Below the pieces are notes generated by a model. The model was not told where the DNA came from. It saw only the letters and a list, made by a program, of their open reading frames with translations, and made no database searches. Positions 1 through 15,089 of a stretch of DNA of 64,000 bases are shown here, piece after piece. Both the position numbers and the translations under genes were made by a program. The DNA is from Paraphysomonas bandaiensis. Lineage: Eukaryota; Protista; Chrysophyceae. The stretch spans positions 160,701-224,700 of the forward strand of contig CBFFRP010000143.1 of the NCBI GenBank assembly GCA_965644295.1, in the 5' to 3' direction. How positions within the stretch are numbered: position 1 is the stretch's first letter; every line of letters starts with the position of its first letter.

Positions 1-51
1 GTTTACGTGTAGAGCAAAGTTAACTTCAGTGAAATGTCCAATTCTAACAGT

Positions 52-180
52 CAGGGCTAGAAAATTGTACATTGTAATACTATTGATCTACTGATAAATA
101 CATAAATAGCGTCCCATCAATAGTATAGTATAGTAAGCCGTTCAACAATAATATTGCATTATATTTATATATTAGTATAG
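52..180 (+). repeat. Dispersed CAGGG-starting transposon-end/MITE-like repeat; related copies at 48511-48640 and inverted at 5031-5050
   Basis: Shares CAGGG(C/A)TAG, AATACTATTG, ATAGCGTCCCATCAATAGTAT and TATATTAGTAT with 48511-48640. Reverse complement of 5031-5050 (AGGGCTAGGGAACAATATAC) matches the start of the 48511 copy. Confidence 0.6.
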
Positions 181-668
181 CAATTGCCGGGAACCATGCA
201 CCAGGCCCAGTTTTACCTATCAACTATAATGAAGTCCTCTATACATTGATTGTGAGGCATTATAGTAAATAGTTTATGTGATTAGGCTGGTATACTGATA
301 TTGAATATGATGTAAAAGGTAGCAACTATAAATTATTTATAGCAGGCAATTTTTTAATTTAAACATTTGCTTGCAGCTTCGCGAACAGGTCCTTATAATT
401 GTTAATTGCTAATATTGTGGAGGAGAAATCTAGTGTTCGTGAATAAAGAATAAGGGCTATGAGCTGGACAAGGCATCCTTGTATCGCATGCAATTTAATG
501 AAGATATCATGCTTACGACAGCTTTCAATTCAGCAACGAAGGCGAGATGGCGCAAAAATATACAAAGTAATCCCGATTACTTAATATTTTAAACGTTCTG
601 TCAAGTTGACATAAAACATCACATATCAACGCCGGCAAATTTCGCGTTCAGACAGACGTATACGAAAA

Positions 669-2037
<1,369 letters not shown>

Positions 2038-2538
2038 ATCAACTATAAGACAATTGCAGGACGAGCTGTTTCAACTTTAACAATAGCGAAGCAACGCAAA
2101 TGAGACGACTGTAAAGGAGCATGCGCATATATGTACAGTGTATATATATACTGTACATACAGCAGTAGGCTACCACCTACATATACACACACACCATCAG
2201 AGCACACAACTGGAACTGTATCCCCTATATGGGATATCAGCTTCCTACGTCACTGATAGGCCGGAGAAGATAATTCAGTTTAGACCTGCGACCGCTGAAG
2301 ATATAATTCGCCGCAAGAAAGAGGCAATACATCATACAGCAGTGTATACCACCATATCATACGCACCACACCAGGCCTGGTGCTGTGTACAAGAGACCAG
2401 CTCTCTGTATGACGGTGAGGTATCTCCGCATGTGTTGTGCGTGTACTTGTATGACATAACAACTCTGCAGTTACTTAATTAAACCAATACTGGGGCTCAT
2501 CACACTAACTTCTCGGTTTATTTTGTCATAACAAATTA

Positions 2539-4681
<2,143 letters not shown>

Positions 4682-5060
4682 AAAATATGTCTTCGCAGCA
4701 ACACGATTAGAGTATAAGCCCTCTAATGTCCTTGATTGGTACAATTAAGAGACTGTTAACTGGACTAAAAGTATGATTAGCTAGTGTAGAGTGCTATTGT
4801 CTGCAAATATATCAGGTTATGCGTCTTTATTGTAATACGCGGATCATTATTTAAAAAAATTTTGGATTTGCTATTACACACTGCATGTATTTTCAGCGGA
4901 AGTGGAAATACGAATTAGCAGCAATGAGCAAGACATATGTGCTGTCAGTAGCGCAGCCTCGCCGTTTTTTAGATAACTAGTGCAGTGCTAGTGGTTACGT
5001 GGCTACAATAAAATTTTCTTTTAGTCAAAAGTATATTGTTCCCTAGCCCTATGCATATAG

Positions 5061-6243
5061 CAGGGCTGCGTATCACTTAATTGACGGAGATTGTAGTCAA
5101 TTATAATTGCAATTATTACTTGCTGTCTCAATTTCAATTATCTGCAATTATTTAGTACTACAATACACCAGCTGCCATTATAGCTACCTCAACTGTCATT
5201 TCATTCCAGAGGCGACGATTCATGCGTTAAAATATAATTAGCTCTTAAATGTTGAGGAGTCACGCTCTTGCGCAAGCCCGTCATAACAATCGTAGCTCTA
5301 CTGAACAACCTTTCAACCTTATTTTGGTTGTAGCATGCAAGTGTTTCATGCTGCGGTAACGAGTTTGATGGTTACGTCTTGCTTGCTTCCGCTGCCTGCT
5401 ACCATCAATCAAACGTTGCGCTGCGTCGTCATTCGGAAATAAACTTGCACCGTCAAAATCATCATCGAGCAAAAATATTTTAGTTTGATCCTTTGCCCTC
5501 CGAGTTACGGCTTCGTTGCCACATTGAATCTTCACGATTTTCGAAAGCAGCGTTATGAATAATAGCAGCACTACCGCCCAGATGACGCTCAATAATCGGG
5601 TGTCTTATGAAGAGTTCGTCAAACAATGTACAAACGTCGTGGAGGTCAAGATGGTGTTAACCTTACTTCTGTAATAGCAAGGACAGTAGTTGAAACAATT
5701 CCTATTCCTCCCGTATTGCACGAGCTTGGCGTGCACCTTTACAGTTGGCATTAGACTTAACACGTCGGAACTAAATTAGAATGATCGCATATGATTACAT
5801 AGAAGCAAGTAGCGGTCAATCACGGAAAATGTGGAGCCCCTTTTTTCCTACAGGACAAATCTTTATATTGCAGCCTCTTCGTTGCTATTATCATTTTCGT
5901 TCTCAAATAATAACACTCGTACAATGACTTCTGGTGCCAGTTTGTTGCTCATATCGCTAATTAATTAAATGAAATACTATGTGAGATATCCTATGAATAT
6001 TACAGTCTTTCACCAATCTTCTATTTTTATTCTAAAAATTGGATTTTTTAATAAAAATGCCGTTTTTTAGCAACTTTATAGCATAAAATGGTGGATTTTA
6101 ATATCAATTAATTGAAGCGAGCTGGAGTCCATTATAATTGCTATTGTGATTTGTTGTCCCAATTTCAATTATAGCAAATTTCAATAGTTGACAATATATT
6201 GCTATTAATTGAAAATCAATTAATTGATACACGCAGCGCCCCG
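5061..6243 (-). mobile_element. Internally deleted, degenerate hAT DNA transposon
   Basis: Left end CAGGGCTGCGTATCACTTAATTGA; reverse complement of right end CGGGGCGCTGCGTGTATCAATTAATTGA. 8-bp TSD GCATATAG (5053-5060) / CCATATAG (6244-6251). Frameshifted minus-strand peptide LFDELFIRHPIIERHLGGSAAIIHNAAFE..IVKIQ..NKVERLFSRATIVMTGLRKSVTPQHL..LIIF*RMNRRLW resembles the hAT C-terminal dimerization region. Confidence 0.8.
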
Positions 6244-7013
6244 CCATATAGTACGAAATTGAATACATGATACGAAAAGTTTCCTTAAAATGTAACATAG
6301 TTCCCCGACAACCCCTATGTTTTTACTCTTTTGTAAGATAGACGATGTACATCTACGCTGTTTACAAACATATAATAGCTTCGTCTGCGTAGTCCTCGGC
6401 ACTAGATTTAAAAATAACTTTTAGTCTACATCACAAATTGTGCTACAATACGAAGTAATATGTAGTATATAGTGTGTGTAGTGTATTATCTGCTAAACAG
6501 CCATGAAGCTAAAAGCTAAAGTATTCTGAAAGGTAGTAGACGAACGATATTGAAGAATGAATGATGGGCTCATGAGAACTAGCTACTGTTGGACGATTAA
6601 ACGCTGTATTTCAAGGTTTCTGAATTATAATTTTTTGCTTGAATAATATTCAGTATTCAGGGCTCGTAACAATTAATCGTTAATTTACTAGCGTTGTAAT
6701 ATATAATTAAAATATAGGGCCAGAAATTCGAACTGATCATTTAAAACTTTCTTCAATTAATTGTCAATTATTGCAATTTTAACTGGAATATTTTTAATGC
6801 AATCATTTTGAATGCGTATACTTTAGTTACTGCAAATAATCATAATTTCAAGTGAAATAGTGGAGCATGAAGTACGGGGAAAGATTTGATATTATTTCAA
6901 CGTGTGTGTGTCAATAGAATTACTGAAGGAAAATATCACCTCGAACTCTACAAAGTTCATACATATTAACAAACTCTTTACAAGGCTCCTAATCGCGAGC
7001 ATCATCTAGGTGC

Positions 7014-7120
7014 CCTCAACAAAGTCGGACTCGCACTTTTTCATGGTGTTTTGGGGGATAAGCACAGGAAATATTTCTTCAGGAAAATAACGTGAACCGC
7101 ACATATACAGTCAGCAGATA
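7014..7120. repeat. ~110-bp dispersed repeat, second copy at 14621-14730
   Basis: Both copies read CCTCAACAAAGTC..GGACTC..TGGGGGATAAG..GGAAA.ATTTCTTC.GGAAA.TAACGTGA..GCACATATA.AG.CAGCAGAT, roughly 80% identical by eye. Confidence 0.75.
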
Positions 7121-7822
7121 ACGTTCTGCCCAGTCATAGCCGAATGCTTGTGTGTTGTACAAGGGACACTGAAATATAAGACATTACTACTACTCATCTA
7201 GGCAACTATGCTGCTTTTGACAAGAGTCGAAGATAGCTATATATATATACGATATATGCGTATGCAATGTATCCAGAATGTATAATGGACTACAACCTGC
7301 GTCCTCAACTAATTGTTACCACATAGACCTTAATTCAGAGTTTATTTTATTGACCAACGTTTAGTTGAAATACTCGCACATATTTTTGGCACTGGTTACT
7401 ACAATGTTAGAAACAACAGTTTTCAAAAGAATTGGAACAGGTAAGAGTGGAGATGCTATACCTGTTTTATGCTCTGACAGTGTCATAGACATAATAATAC
7501 TTATATGAAGTCAATAGTCATACATCAGTTTGATTTGATTTCATCAAATCTAACCATCAGAGCATAACTATCCCTGTACTTCAATATCCCACATAAAAAT
7601 AATATACAGTACAATCCGAGTGTCCTTAGAAGCCACTATTAAACATGACCCAAAGACGCAAAACCAAGAATACATACAGCAGATAATATGTAAAGATATT
7701 TATATTTAAAGGTGATATCGCTACTATCATGAAAACTTCACAACAGTAACAACACTTTAATATTAGTCACAATACAAAAAGAGTCATGGCTACGATTATG
7801 TCGAATCGCATATTACCGTATA

Positions 7823-9354
7823 TTAAGCGTTGTCCGCAGCTTCACTTTCACCAGCGAGACAAGAAGTTGTTATATCATTGACAGTGCTACTTTCCATACT
7901 TGAGTCTCCCTCTGTAAGTACGATTACGCACGTACTGATACGCAATACATTGACATGAAATGTACTTGTATGTACTCAGTAAACACTTATACGATCAAGC
8001 ACGCATATGGCTTCAATGTGTCAAAAAGTTTCATCACGCACATCACTCACCAGTATCGCCGACATCTCCCTTCAACTCGTTGCCATTCTCATTCATGGGT
8101 GCCTGCCCTTCAGTTACACTTGGGCACCCCAGCTTTTCCCGCTCGGATGCCGTGAGAGGAAGACTTGTTGGACGAGCTGCAATGTAGATAAGCGTACGCT
8201 ACACACAGTGCGCAAAACTCACGTATATCAATTTTTTCTACCAGCCCGGAGACGTCGTTGTCTTCGCTCAATATTGCACCCTTGCTAGTTTTGCTAAAAG
8301 TAGCGCTGCGGCGTTTTCCTGCAGAACTCTCACAGCGGGGGCGCGTCAACGTAGTCTATACACTGATCACAAACTACAACAGCATAGTCACAGGCAGACT
8401 TACATGCACCAGTTCGCCATCAGCAGACTGATTCGGAACTGTCACTGACCGACTCCTCGATGCAGTGCTCTCCGACGAGGGGGGCACAGTAAATGACGGT
8501 CGTGGACCGCCTGGTACTAGTGCACCAACATTAATTTTCCCAAACAAACTTGGATCAAGCTTCGAGGTCCGTCTGCTTGTCTTCATACCAGCAGTACCAG
8601 AATTATCCGGCACAACTAACGACGCAGCTCTCTCTTTCACCGACATACCCACTCCAGATGGCTTAGATACATCCTCTTTATCAGCATCCGTTGATGACTG
8701 TGATGTTGATACTGACTGAGATTGGGGTGTTCCTGAGCCAACTGAAGAGCCTGCCTTCATCAGTGCGGCTCTCTCTTTCACCGACATACCCACTCCGGAC
8801 GGCTTAGATACATCCTCTTTATCAGCATCCGTTGATGACTGTGATGTTGATACTGACTGAGATTGGGGTGTTCCTGAGCCAACTGAAGAGCCTGCCTTCA
8901 TCAGTGCGGCTCTCTCTTTCACCGACATACCCACTCCAGATGGCTTAGATACATCCTCTTTATCAGCATTCGTTGATGACTGTGATGTTGATACTGACTG
9001 AGATTGGGGTGTTCCTGAGCCAACTGAAGAGCCTGCCTTCATCAGTGCGGCTCTCTCTTTCACCGACATACCCACTCCAGACGGCTTCGGTGTAGTCTCA
9101 CTCCCAGATGACTCACTGGACTTGTTCGTCGACAATACAGCGGAGGTAGAGGTTATAGAAGCCGCTCTCTCTTTCACAGACATCCCACTACTGTGAGATG
9201 AAGAGACATTCCCACTGCTTCCTTCATTTGTATTACTCGAAGATATGTTTATGTTGGCTACAGTGGCTCTGTGTTTGCGAGGGCTCGGCACTGGCTGATC
9301 CTCAGTGCTCGTTGATTTCTTATTAAACGCAGCTATTCTATCTCTCACTGACAT
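7823..9354 (-). CDS. Ser-rich disordered protein with 47-aa tandem repeats and a capping-protein-interaction (CPI) motif; CapZIP/FAM21-like
   Basis: ORF 9354-8374 splices H|gtaagt..tatag|TTLTRPR to give LVHTTLTRPR. Further exons PRPTSLPLTASEREKLG.. and EGDSSMESS..AADNA* end at 7823. Repeated MSVKERAA / MSVRDRIAA motifs. Confidence 0.75.
8626..9082. repeat. Coding tandem repeat, 141-bp (47-aa) unit, about 3.2 near-identical copies
   Basis: CTCTCTCTTTCACCGACATACCCACTCC recurs at ~141-bp spacing; peptide unit KPSGVGMSVKERAALMKAGSSVGSGTPQSQSVSTSQSST(N/D)ADKEDVS. Confidence 0.95.
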
Positions 9355-9536
9355 TTTATTAAGATGATTGGAATAACTGAAAAGTTGAAACCTCTACTCA
9401 TACGACAGTAAGGGAGCCGCGATGGTATGTGTATCTACCCATCTAGATTCGATACCAATTCGAAGCAACCATCATACACACATCTCCATATATACTTAGC
9501 TGTATATATGGGCATACAATACATGGATATTGCTGG

Positions 9537-9944
9537 TATGTATGTATGTATGTATGTATGTATGTATGTATGTATGTATGTATGTATGTATGTATGTATG
9601 TATGTATGTATGTATGTATGTATGTATGTATGTATGTATGTATGTATGTATGTATGTATGTATGTATGTATGTATGTATGTATGTATGTATGTATGTATG
9701 TATGTATGTATGTATGTATGTATGTATGTATGTATGTATGTATGTATGTATGTATGTATGTATGTATGTATGTATGTATGTATGTATGTATGTATGTATG
9801 TATGTATGTATGTATGTATGTATGTATGTATGTATGTATGTATGTATGTATGTATGTATGTATGTATGTATGTATGTATGTATGTATGTATGTATGTATG
9901 TATGTATGTATGTATGTATGTATGTATGTATGTATGTATGTATG
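9537..9944. repeat. Perfect (TATG)n microsatellite, ~102 units
   Basis: 408 bp of uninterrupted TATG; the MYVC/YIHT ORFs are artefacts of it. Confidence 0.98.
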
Positions 9945-10160
9945 GTACACATAGAGGACCAGCAGCAGATTCAGAATGTGAAACGGCAATTGCAGTGGTA
10001 TGTGTATGTGTATGTGTATCTGGATGCTGGTGTCATATTTACCGCATTTCTTTCATGCAGCTGTAAGAAGCGTAGACTCTTCTAGTTGTCAGAGTTATCG
10101 CTTAGATAGATTTCCCATTTCCGCAGTCCAGTTATAGTAAGCAACTCAACAGGTATAGTT

Positions 10161-10745
10161 ATGGGCGCCGACAGTAGTAAAATGGGCATCTCTGCGATTG
10201 CCATAGTCTCTGGAATCGAGAAAGAACACATACTCAAACTTCGTACCAGCTTTCAAAACTTCTGTGATAACTCTGGAGAAGTCAGTGTTGTATCTAGAGC
10301 TGACTTTGACAGCGCTCTCAAATCATTAGAAGGCCTAGAGCCCTCGGACGTTGAGTTGCTGGACAGACTTTTCATTTTACTCGATGAGTCCGGTGATTGC
10401 AAGATTGATTATAAGGACTTCCTTGTGGGTACGGCGGCTTTAATCACAGGAACTGTGTCTGAAAAAATTCTTTTCGCGTTTAACGTTTACGATGAAAGCG
10501 ATTCAGGGGAAGTGATGTCCGGTGATATGAAAAAAATATTTACTGCTCTCAATGCAGTTGCGAGCTTCTTTGGAGATCCTGTTATGACTCCAACCCAAAT
10601 AAAAGAATTGGTTATTGATGTATTTAAACAGGGTTCCAGCCCCTCTGCACCTCTTCGTTATGAAGATCATTTAGAAGTCATATCTTCGCACCCTGTAGTT
10701 TCCCAGTTTGTGAATGGCAAGGGCAGTGTACGCTTTGGGCGATGA
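10161..10745 (+). CDS. N-myristoylated EF-hand Ca2+ sensor (calcineurin B/recoverin-like), intronless
   Basis: MGADSSK fits MGxxxS myristoylation consensus; EF loops DESGDCKIDYKD and DESDSGEVMSGD; EKILFAFNVYD segment typical of CNB/NCS proteins. Confidence 0.85.
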   Translation: MGADSSKMGISAIAIVSGIEKEHILKLRTSFQNFCDNSGEVSVVSRADFDSALKSLEGLEPSDVELLDRLFILLDESGDCKIDYKDFLVGTAALITGTVSEKILFAFNVYDESDSGEVMSGDMKKIFTALNAVASFFGDPVMTPTQIKELVIDVFKQGSSPSAPLRYEDHLEVISSHPVVSQFVNGKGSVRFGR

Positions 10746-11658
10746 TGAACAGTAACACCCGATGCATCGTTATTGATGTAACGAATAAGCTGACCAGTTT
10801 TATATGTTTTGTTTCGCCCGAGCTGATGCGAGCAAATTGCCAATTATGTTAATAATAAGTCTTGTTTCTAACATCGTACTTCGGTTACCCGAATACTACA
10901 AGAGTGAAATTCATTAAGACTATTTTAAATCGTTTCAATGTTATTGTAGCTGGATCTTTGCTACTTCATTGAGTCGAAGTTGTATCCCTGTTGAGTAAGT
11001 GTAGGGCGGCGCATTCTTGACATTTCTGGTGGTTGGTGGGACGAAAAGGACTTCTACTTTCGTATTTCGTAGTGGTGAGTGCATCACTTGAGAAGCACTG
11101 CACTACTTTGATATTGGTTATATATATATGTAATAGCTCACAGGTCTACATTTTCACTGAAACGTGACTAGTTTAAGTCACTTATTTTTTGACGAGGCCA
11201 ATTGAACATTTTGACTAGGGTCAACAATAGACATTAATCAATAGACAATAGAGTGCTGGAATACGAATGTTTAGTGCTTGCGGCGACGCACAAGCAGCTT
11301 CTGTAGCGTTAAATAGTAGGATAATGGAATTTGTACGGATTAGTTATGGGTAGAGGTCTAACTAGCTAACTAGTATGTCTAGCATTCAACTAGCCACTAT
11401 ATTGGTACAGGTTTCTAACGCCTATTGCTAAATAAAAAGACTTTCAATATACGAATGTTTCTCTAAAATGACACTGTGAATACGTTAAATACAATGTAAA
11501 AACAGTAATACGTAGTCAAAGATACTATGTTATAGCTATAACTGTGAAACTGAAGTATTGTATCATGAATCATGACGATTCAAGATACGGAAGTTGAGCA
11601 GTGGTTGACAAGAACGAAATATACTATCATGTTGTTGACATGTACCAATGTTTTACAT

Positions 11659-11763
11659 ACTAAGTGTGAATAGAAGTAAGTGTTACTAAATGTAAATAGA
11701 AGTAAGTGTTACTAAGTGTGAATAGAAGTAAGTGTTACTAAGTTTCGAATGTAAGTGTTACTA
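11659..11763. repeat. 26-bp minisatellite, about 4 copies
   Basis: Unit TAAGTGTGAATAGAAGTAAGTGTTAC repeated with minor divergence. Confidence 0.85.
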
Positions 11764-12253
11764 CGAGTGATGACAATTCGCTGTAGAGAACAAAGATATC
11801 ACCATATTGCCGAGTGATCTTGGAGGGACCTCTTTCACATAATAATATTTTCTCGACACCTAGGAGCCCCTGAGAGTAACGGAGGGTTAGGGTTAGCCGA
11901 GAGCGTGCTCTACGATGTTATGTTATTTGGGGTCGTATGGCTTCAAACTGAATATATTCTGCAGGTGTGAAGATATTCTTCAAACGAGTTCACTTCCTCC
12001 TCCAAAAACAACATTTTTGATTTTTGAGTGCCCATATCTCACGACACAGACAGAGTCACTATAAAGTTCAATATAACGAAATGTTCAGCATTTTATGGAC
12101 TATTTATTTCGTGTTAAAATCACAGTATTTTTATTGCTAAAATGAAAAAGTTATGGAATTAAACATAAAAGACACTTTTTCATATGATTTTTTTCATGAT
12201 TTTTGGCCTTTCTCTTCTCTACAGCGAATTGTCATCACTCGTAGTATCGAATG

Positions 12254-12870
12254 TTAGTTAATGTAAAAATTGGAACAAACTAAAAAATTGCTAAGGAACA
12301 GATGGTAAAAAATATTCAATCCATCTTTAAATAACTCGTCTGCATGACAGTTCAAATCATCTTTGTCGTGTGACATGTAATAAACTTTGCCGTTCTCTCT
12401 ATAGAAGTATCTTAAATATCTATTTTCGCCTGTTTCTTTGTTATATACTCTCTCTTCACCATTCTTACTGATAAACTTTCTTTTATTAAAACTCATTACT
12501 ATATATTATATATATATAATAATTCTTTATATTATTTTAAATTGTTTTATATTAATTTATTTTTTCACATAGAAATCAGCATATACAAAATCAAGAAACT
12601 TTTTATCGTCTTTAACTTTGTTCTTCAAATATTCTACATCATCCCAATCTTTAATTTCGTTGTCTTTAAAACTCTTTATTGTTAAGTATCTATTGTCAAT
12701 GGTTTTTATAGATATGCTTATTTTATGTCTGTCTATTCCTTTATCATCTAACAATGCTTTATAAAGTTTTCTTATATCATTTATTTGAAGCTTATTCCCT
12801 GTTTTAGAGGTCTTATTCTCTTTGCTCCTAACTTGTATTTGCCTTTTGATACAATATCAACATCTTTAAC
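12254..12870 (-). other. Very AT-rich island with two small intronless Lys/Asp/Asn-rich ORFs; possible endogenous DNA-virus (virophage/Polinton-like) fragment
   Basis: Abrupt compositional shift. Tandem ORFs 12557-~12850 (5'-broken) and 12254-12496 separated by a ~60-bp nearly pure A/T spacer ending ATATAGTAATG. Codon usage unlike the host genes. Confidence 0.45.
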
Positions 12871-13799
12871 CGTAAAAAGTAGAAACAAACGATGGAGAAA
12901 GAAGTGTTAAATTAGCCGACGGAAATGTATTGGTTTCAGTGAGGTGGTCATGATTCCGTGAATTCTCCAGTTCGGCTGTTCGAGCTGCCACATGCTGCTG
13001 CTCGTTGAAATATTGATTCTGTTGCGCGAATATTAGTAACGATTTGAATCATTTCATCCAGTGTATCTGGACAAATAAGAGCATGCAATGTCTGATATAA
13101 GGGATCAGGACTGCGGTCTTCTTTTGTGATCGAATACTCTGCAGGATCGTCAGGCAAGGGAGTAAAATCTTCCTCCAGCTCCAGAGCGCAAGTAAAAATC
13201 CAGGATCGTCAGGCAAGGGAGTTTTACTTGCGCTCTGGAGTATATTCTGGATGCATACGAGTGTATGTATGGGAGTTATATGAGCTCTACTGAGGATACC
13301 CTTCGTGCTAACGAGAACAAAAGCGTCTTGTCCAAAAAAGCATACCGCAGAAGCCAATCAGAAATGCATGGAGCTTGTCAATAAAAAAAGTGTCACTCCA
13401 ACAGTCACTGTGAGGACAAGAATCTTTGTAGTGATGATAACTCTGATTTGATTGCAGTGAAATTGTGATTGTATAGTAATAGCAAATGCTATGCGGCTGA
13501 CTAAAGTGTGACGTCGAACAGAACATTGAAGTATTGACAGGCACTGGTATAGGGCAGCGTTTTGGAACTCCAAGAAGCAGATTAGGGATGGCTTGAGGGA
13601 ACAAGTCATCGTTATCCAGCTGAAATCTTGATGTCATGTTGCTCATAATAAAAGAAACCGCAACTTCAATTTTGAAGTAGCGAATACCACGTACTTAGTT
13701 TTGTAATTTGGAATTTCAATAATAAAGCAATTTGAGAGAGAGAATACACTGTGAATTGTGCTATTATTAACTGTGAGTTTGTATAGCAAGCTTCAATAC

Positions 13800-14213
13800 T
13801 AACTGTATATGCGGGAGAGCTGTTGTAAAGGTTTAGGCCTCATTATCGACACGATGAGCGTGACAAGTGGGTTCCCATGACATGTAGAAATGCGGAGAGT
13901 GTAGATGGAAGTGCACCAATTTGTGCTGTGTGTCTCGAGGTTGTTGAAGATGACGCAAGCACTATGCCTGTTAGTATTAGAGGGGAGTAAATAATTTGAA
14001 GTGCGCAGTGAAGTTCAGTCCGAGTACGTTGTTGATTTATGTGCTGATTTACAGTATGAAACCGTGTTTGAAATGGAAAAAGAAGACCATGCAGATGAGG
14101 CAGTGGATAAGCTCGACTTACTGCGCAATGCTCTCAGTCGTGGTAAAAAGAGAAATGCATCAGAAATGGCTTTCAACTCCAGAGACTGCCGGCTAGTGTC
14201 AGTTAATAAGTAG
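13800..14213 (+). pseudogene. Degenerate fragment with a PHD-finger-like Cys pattern, probably transposon-derived
   Basis: Frameshifted NCICG..HDERDKWVPMTC..APICAVC pattern inside a stop-riddled region. Confidence 0.3.
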
Positions 14214-15089
14214 TGGTGTGTGGCTCACACTCTACTACTCTAGTTACATGCGCAAGCAATAATGAGAACTAGATGGTACTGTAATGAACTATGAGATTAG
14301 GTGAAATTTATATATGCTCAAGATTTGTCGTTAATTTTACGTGACAACACACACAATTGTATATGCAATGTAATAAAAGAGTCTATCTAGTTTGATTACA
14401 ATAAACTTCTCTTAACGATTTTAATTGTGAAAATGGCCAATAGGCATTATATATAGAATATAGAGGCATGCTAGATATCACTTTTACTGCTTTGATTATA
14501 TAAAATGATGAGGCCGAAAGAGCACAGCTGTCTAGTTATTCTAAGATATAATATCTTGTGTATTATACGGGTCACTTCTGCTTGATTGATATAAAACAAT
14601 TACGGATTACGGTAGTTTACCCTCAACAAAGTCCTCGGACTCACGCCTTTTCGTGATGTTCTGGGGGATAAGTACCGGAAACATTTCTTCGGGAAACTAA
14701 CGTGAGCAGCACATATATAGCCAGCAGATGTCTTGTCTTCTCCTATTCAACAATTAGTACAACTGTCACTCTGCAAGCATATTTTATATGCACTTATCAT
14801 ATGTACAAATGTCTTCCTTAATGTGGCGCATCTGAATCCTTTTCATACTCCTTGCCATAAATTAATAATCAAGCAAAATAGCTGTGTTTCCTAATTAATG
14901 TGTATGTGATTATAATTCACCAACTTTAAAATTGAACAAACAACTCATCAATAACCCACATTTTACATATTAAAATACGACTGGTTGATGTCTTTCGTTA
15001 TTATAAATTACATCACATGCCTACATATAATATAGTTTAACACTGGCTATCGACAATGCACAGACTCTAACGACGTCACTTCAAATCTG

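Noticed and set aside
8626-9082. Regular repeats as a CRISPR array (also 11659-11763)
   Set aside because: Whole units repeat with no unique spacers; eukaryotic context; no cas genes.
9427-10085. MYVC/YIHT repeat ORFs (also 61417-61681)
   Set aside because: Translation artefacts of TATG microsatellites, which are stop-free in all frames.
11884-11896. GGGTTAGGGTTAG as a telomere
   Set aside because: Only two units, internal to the contig.
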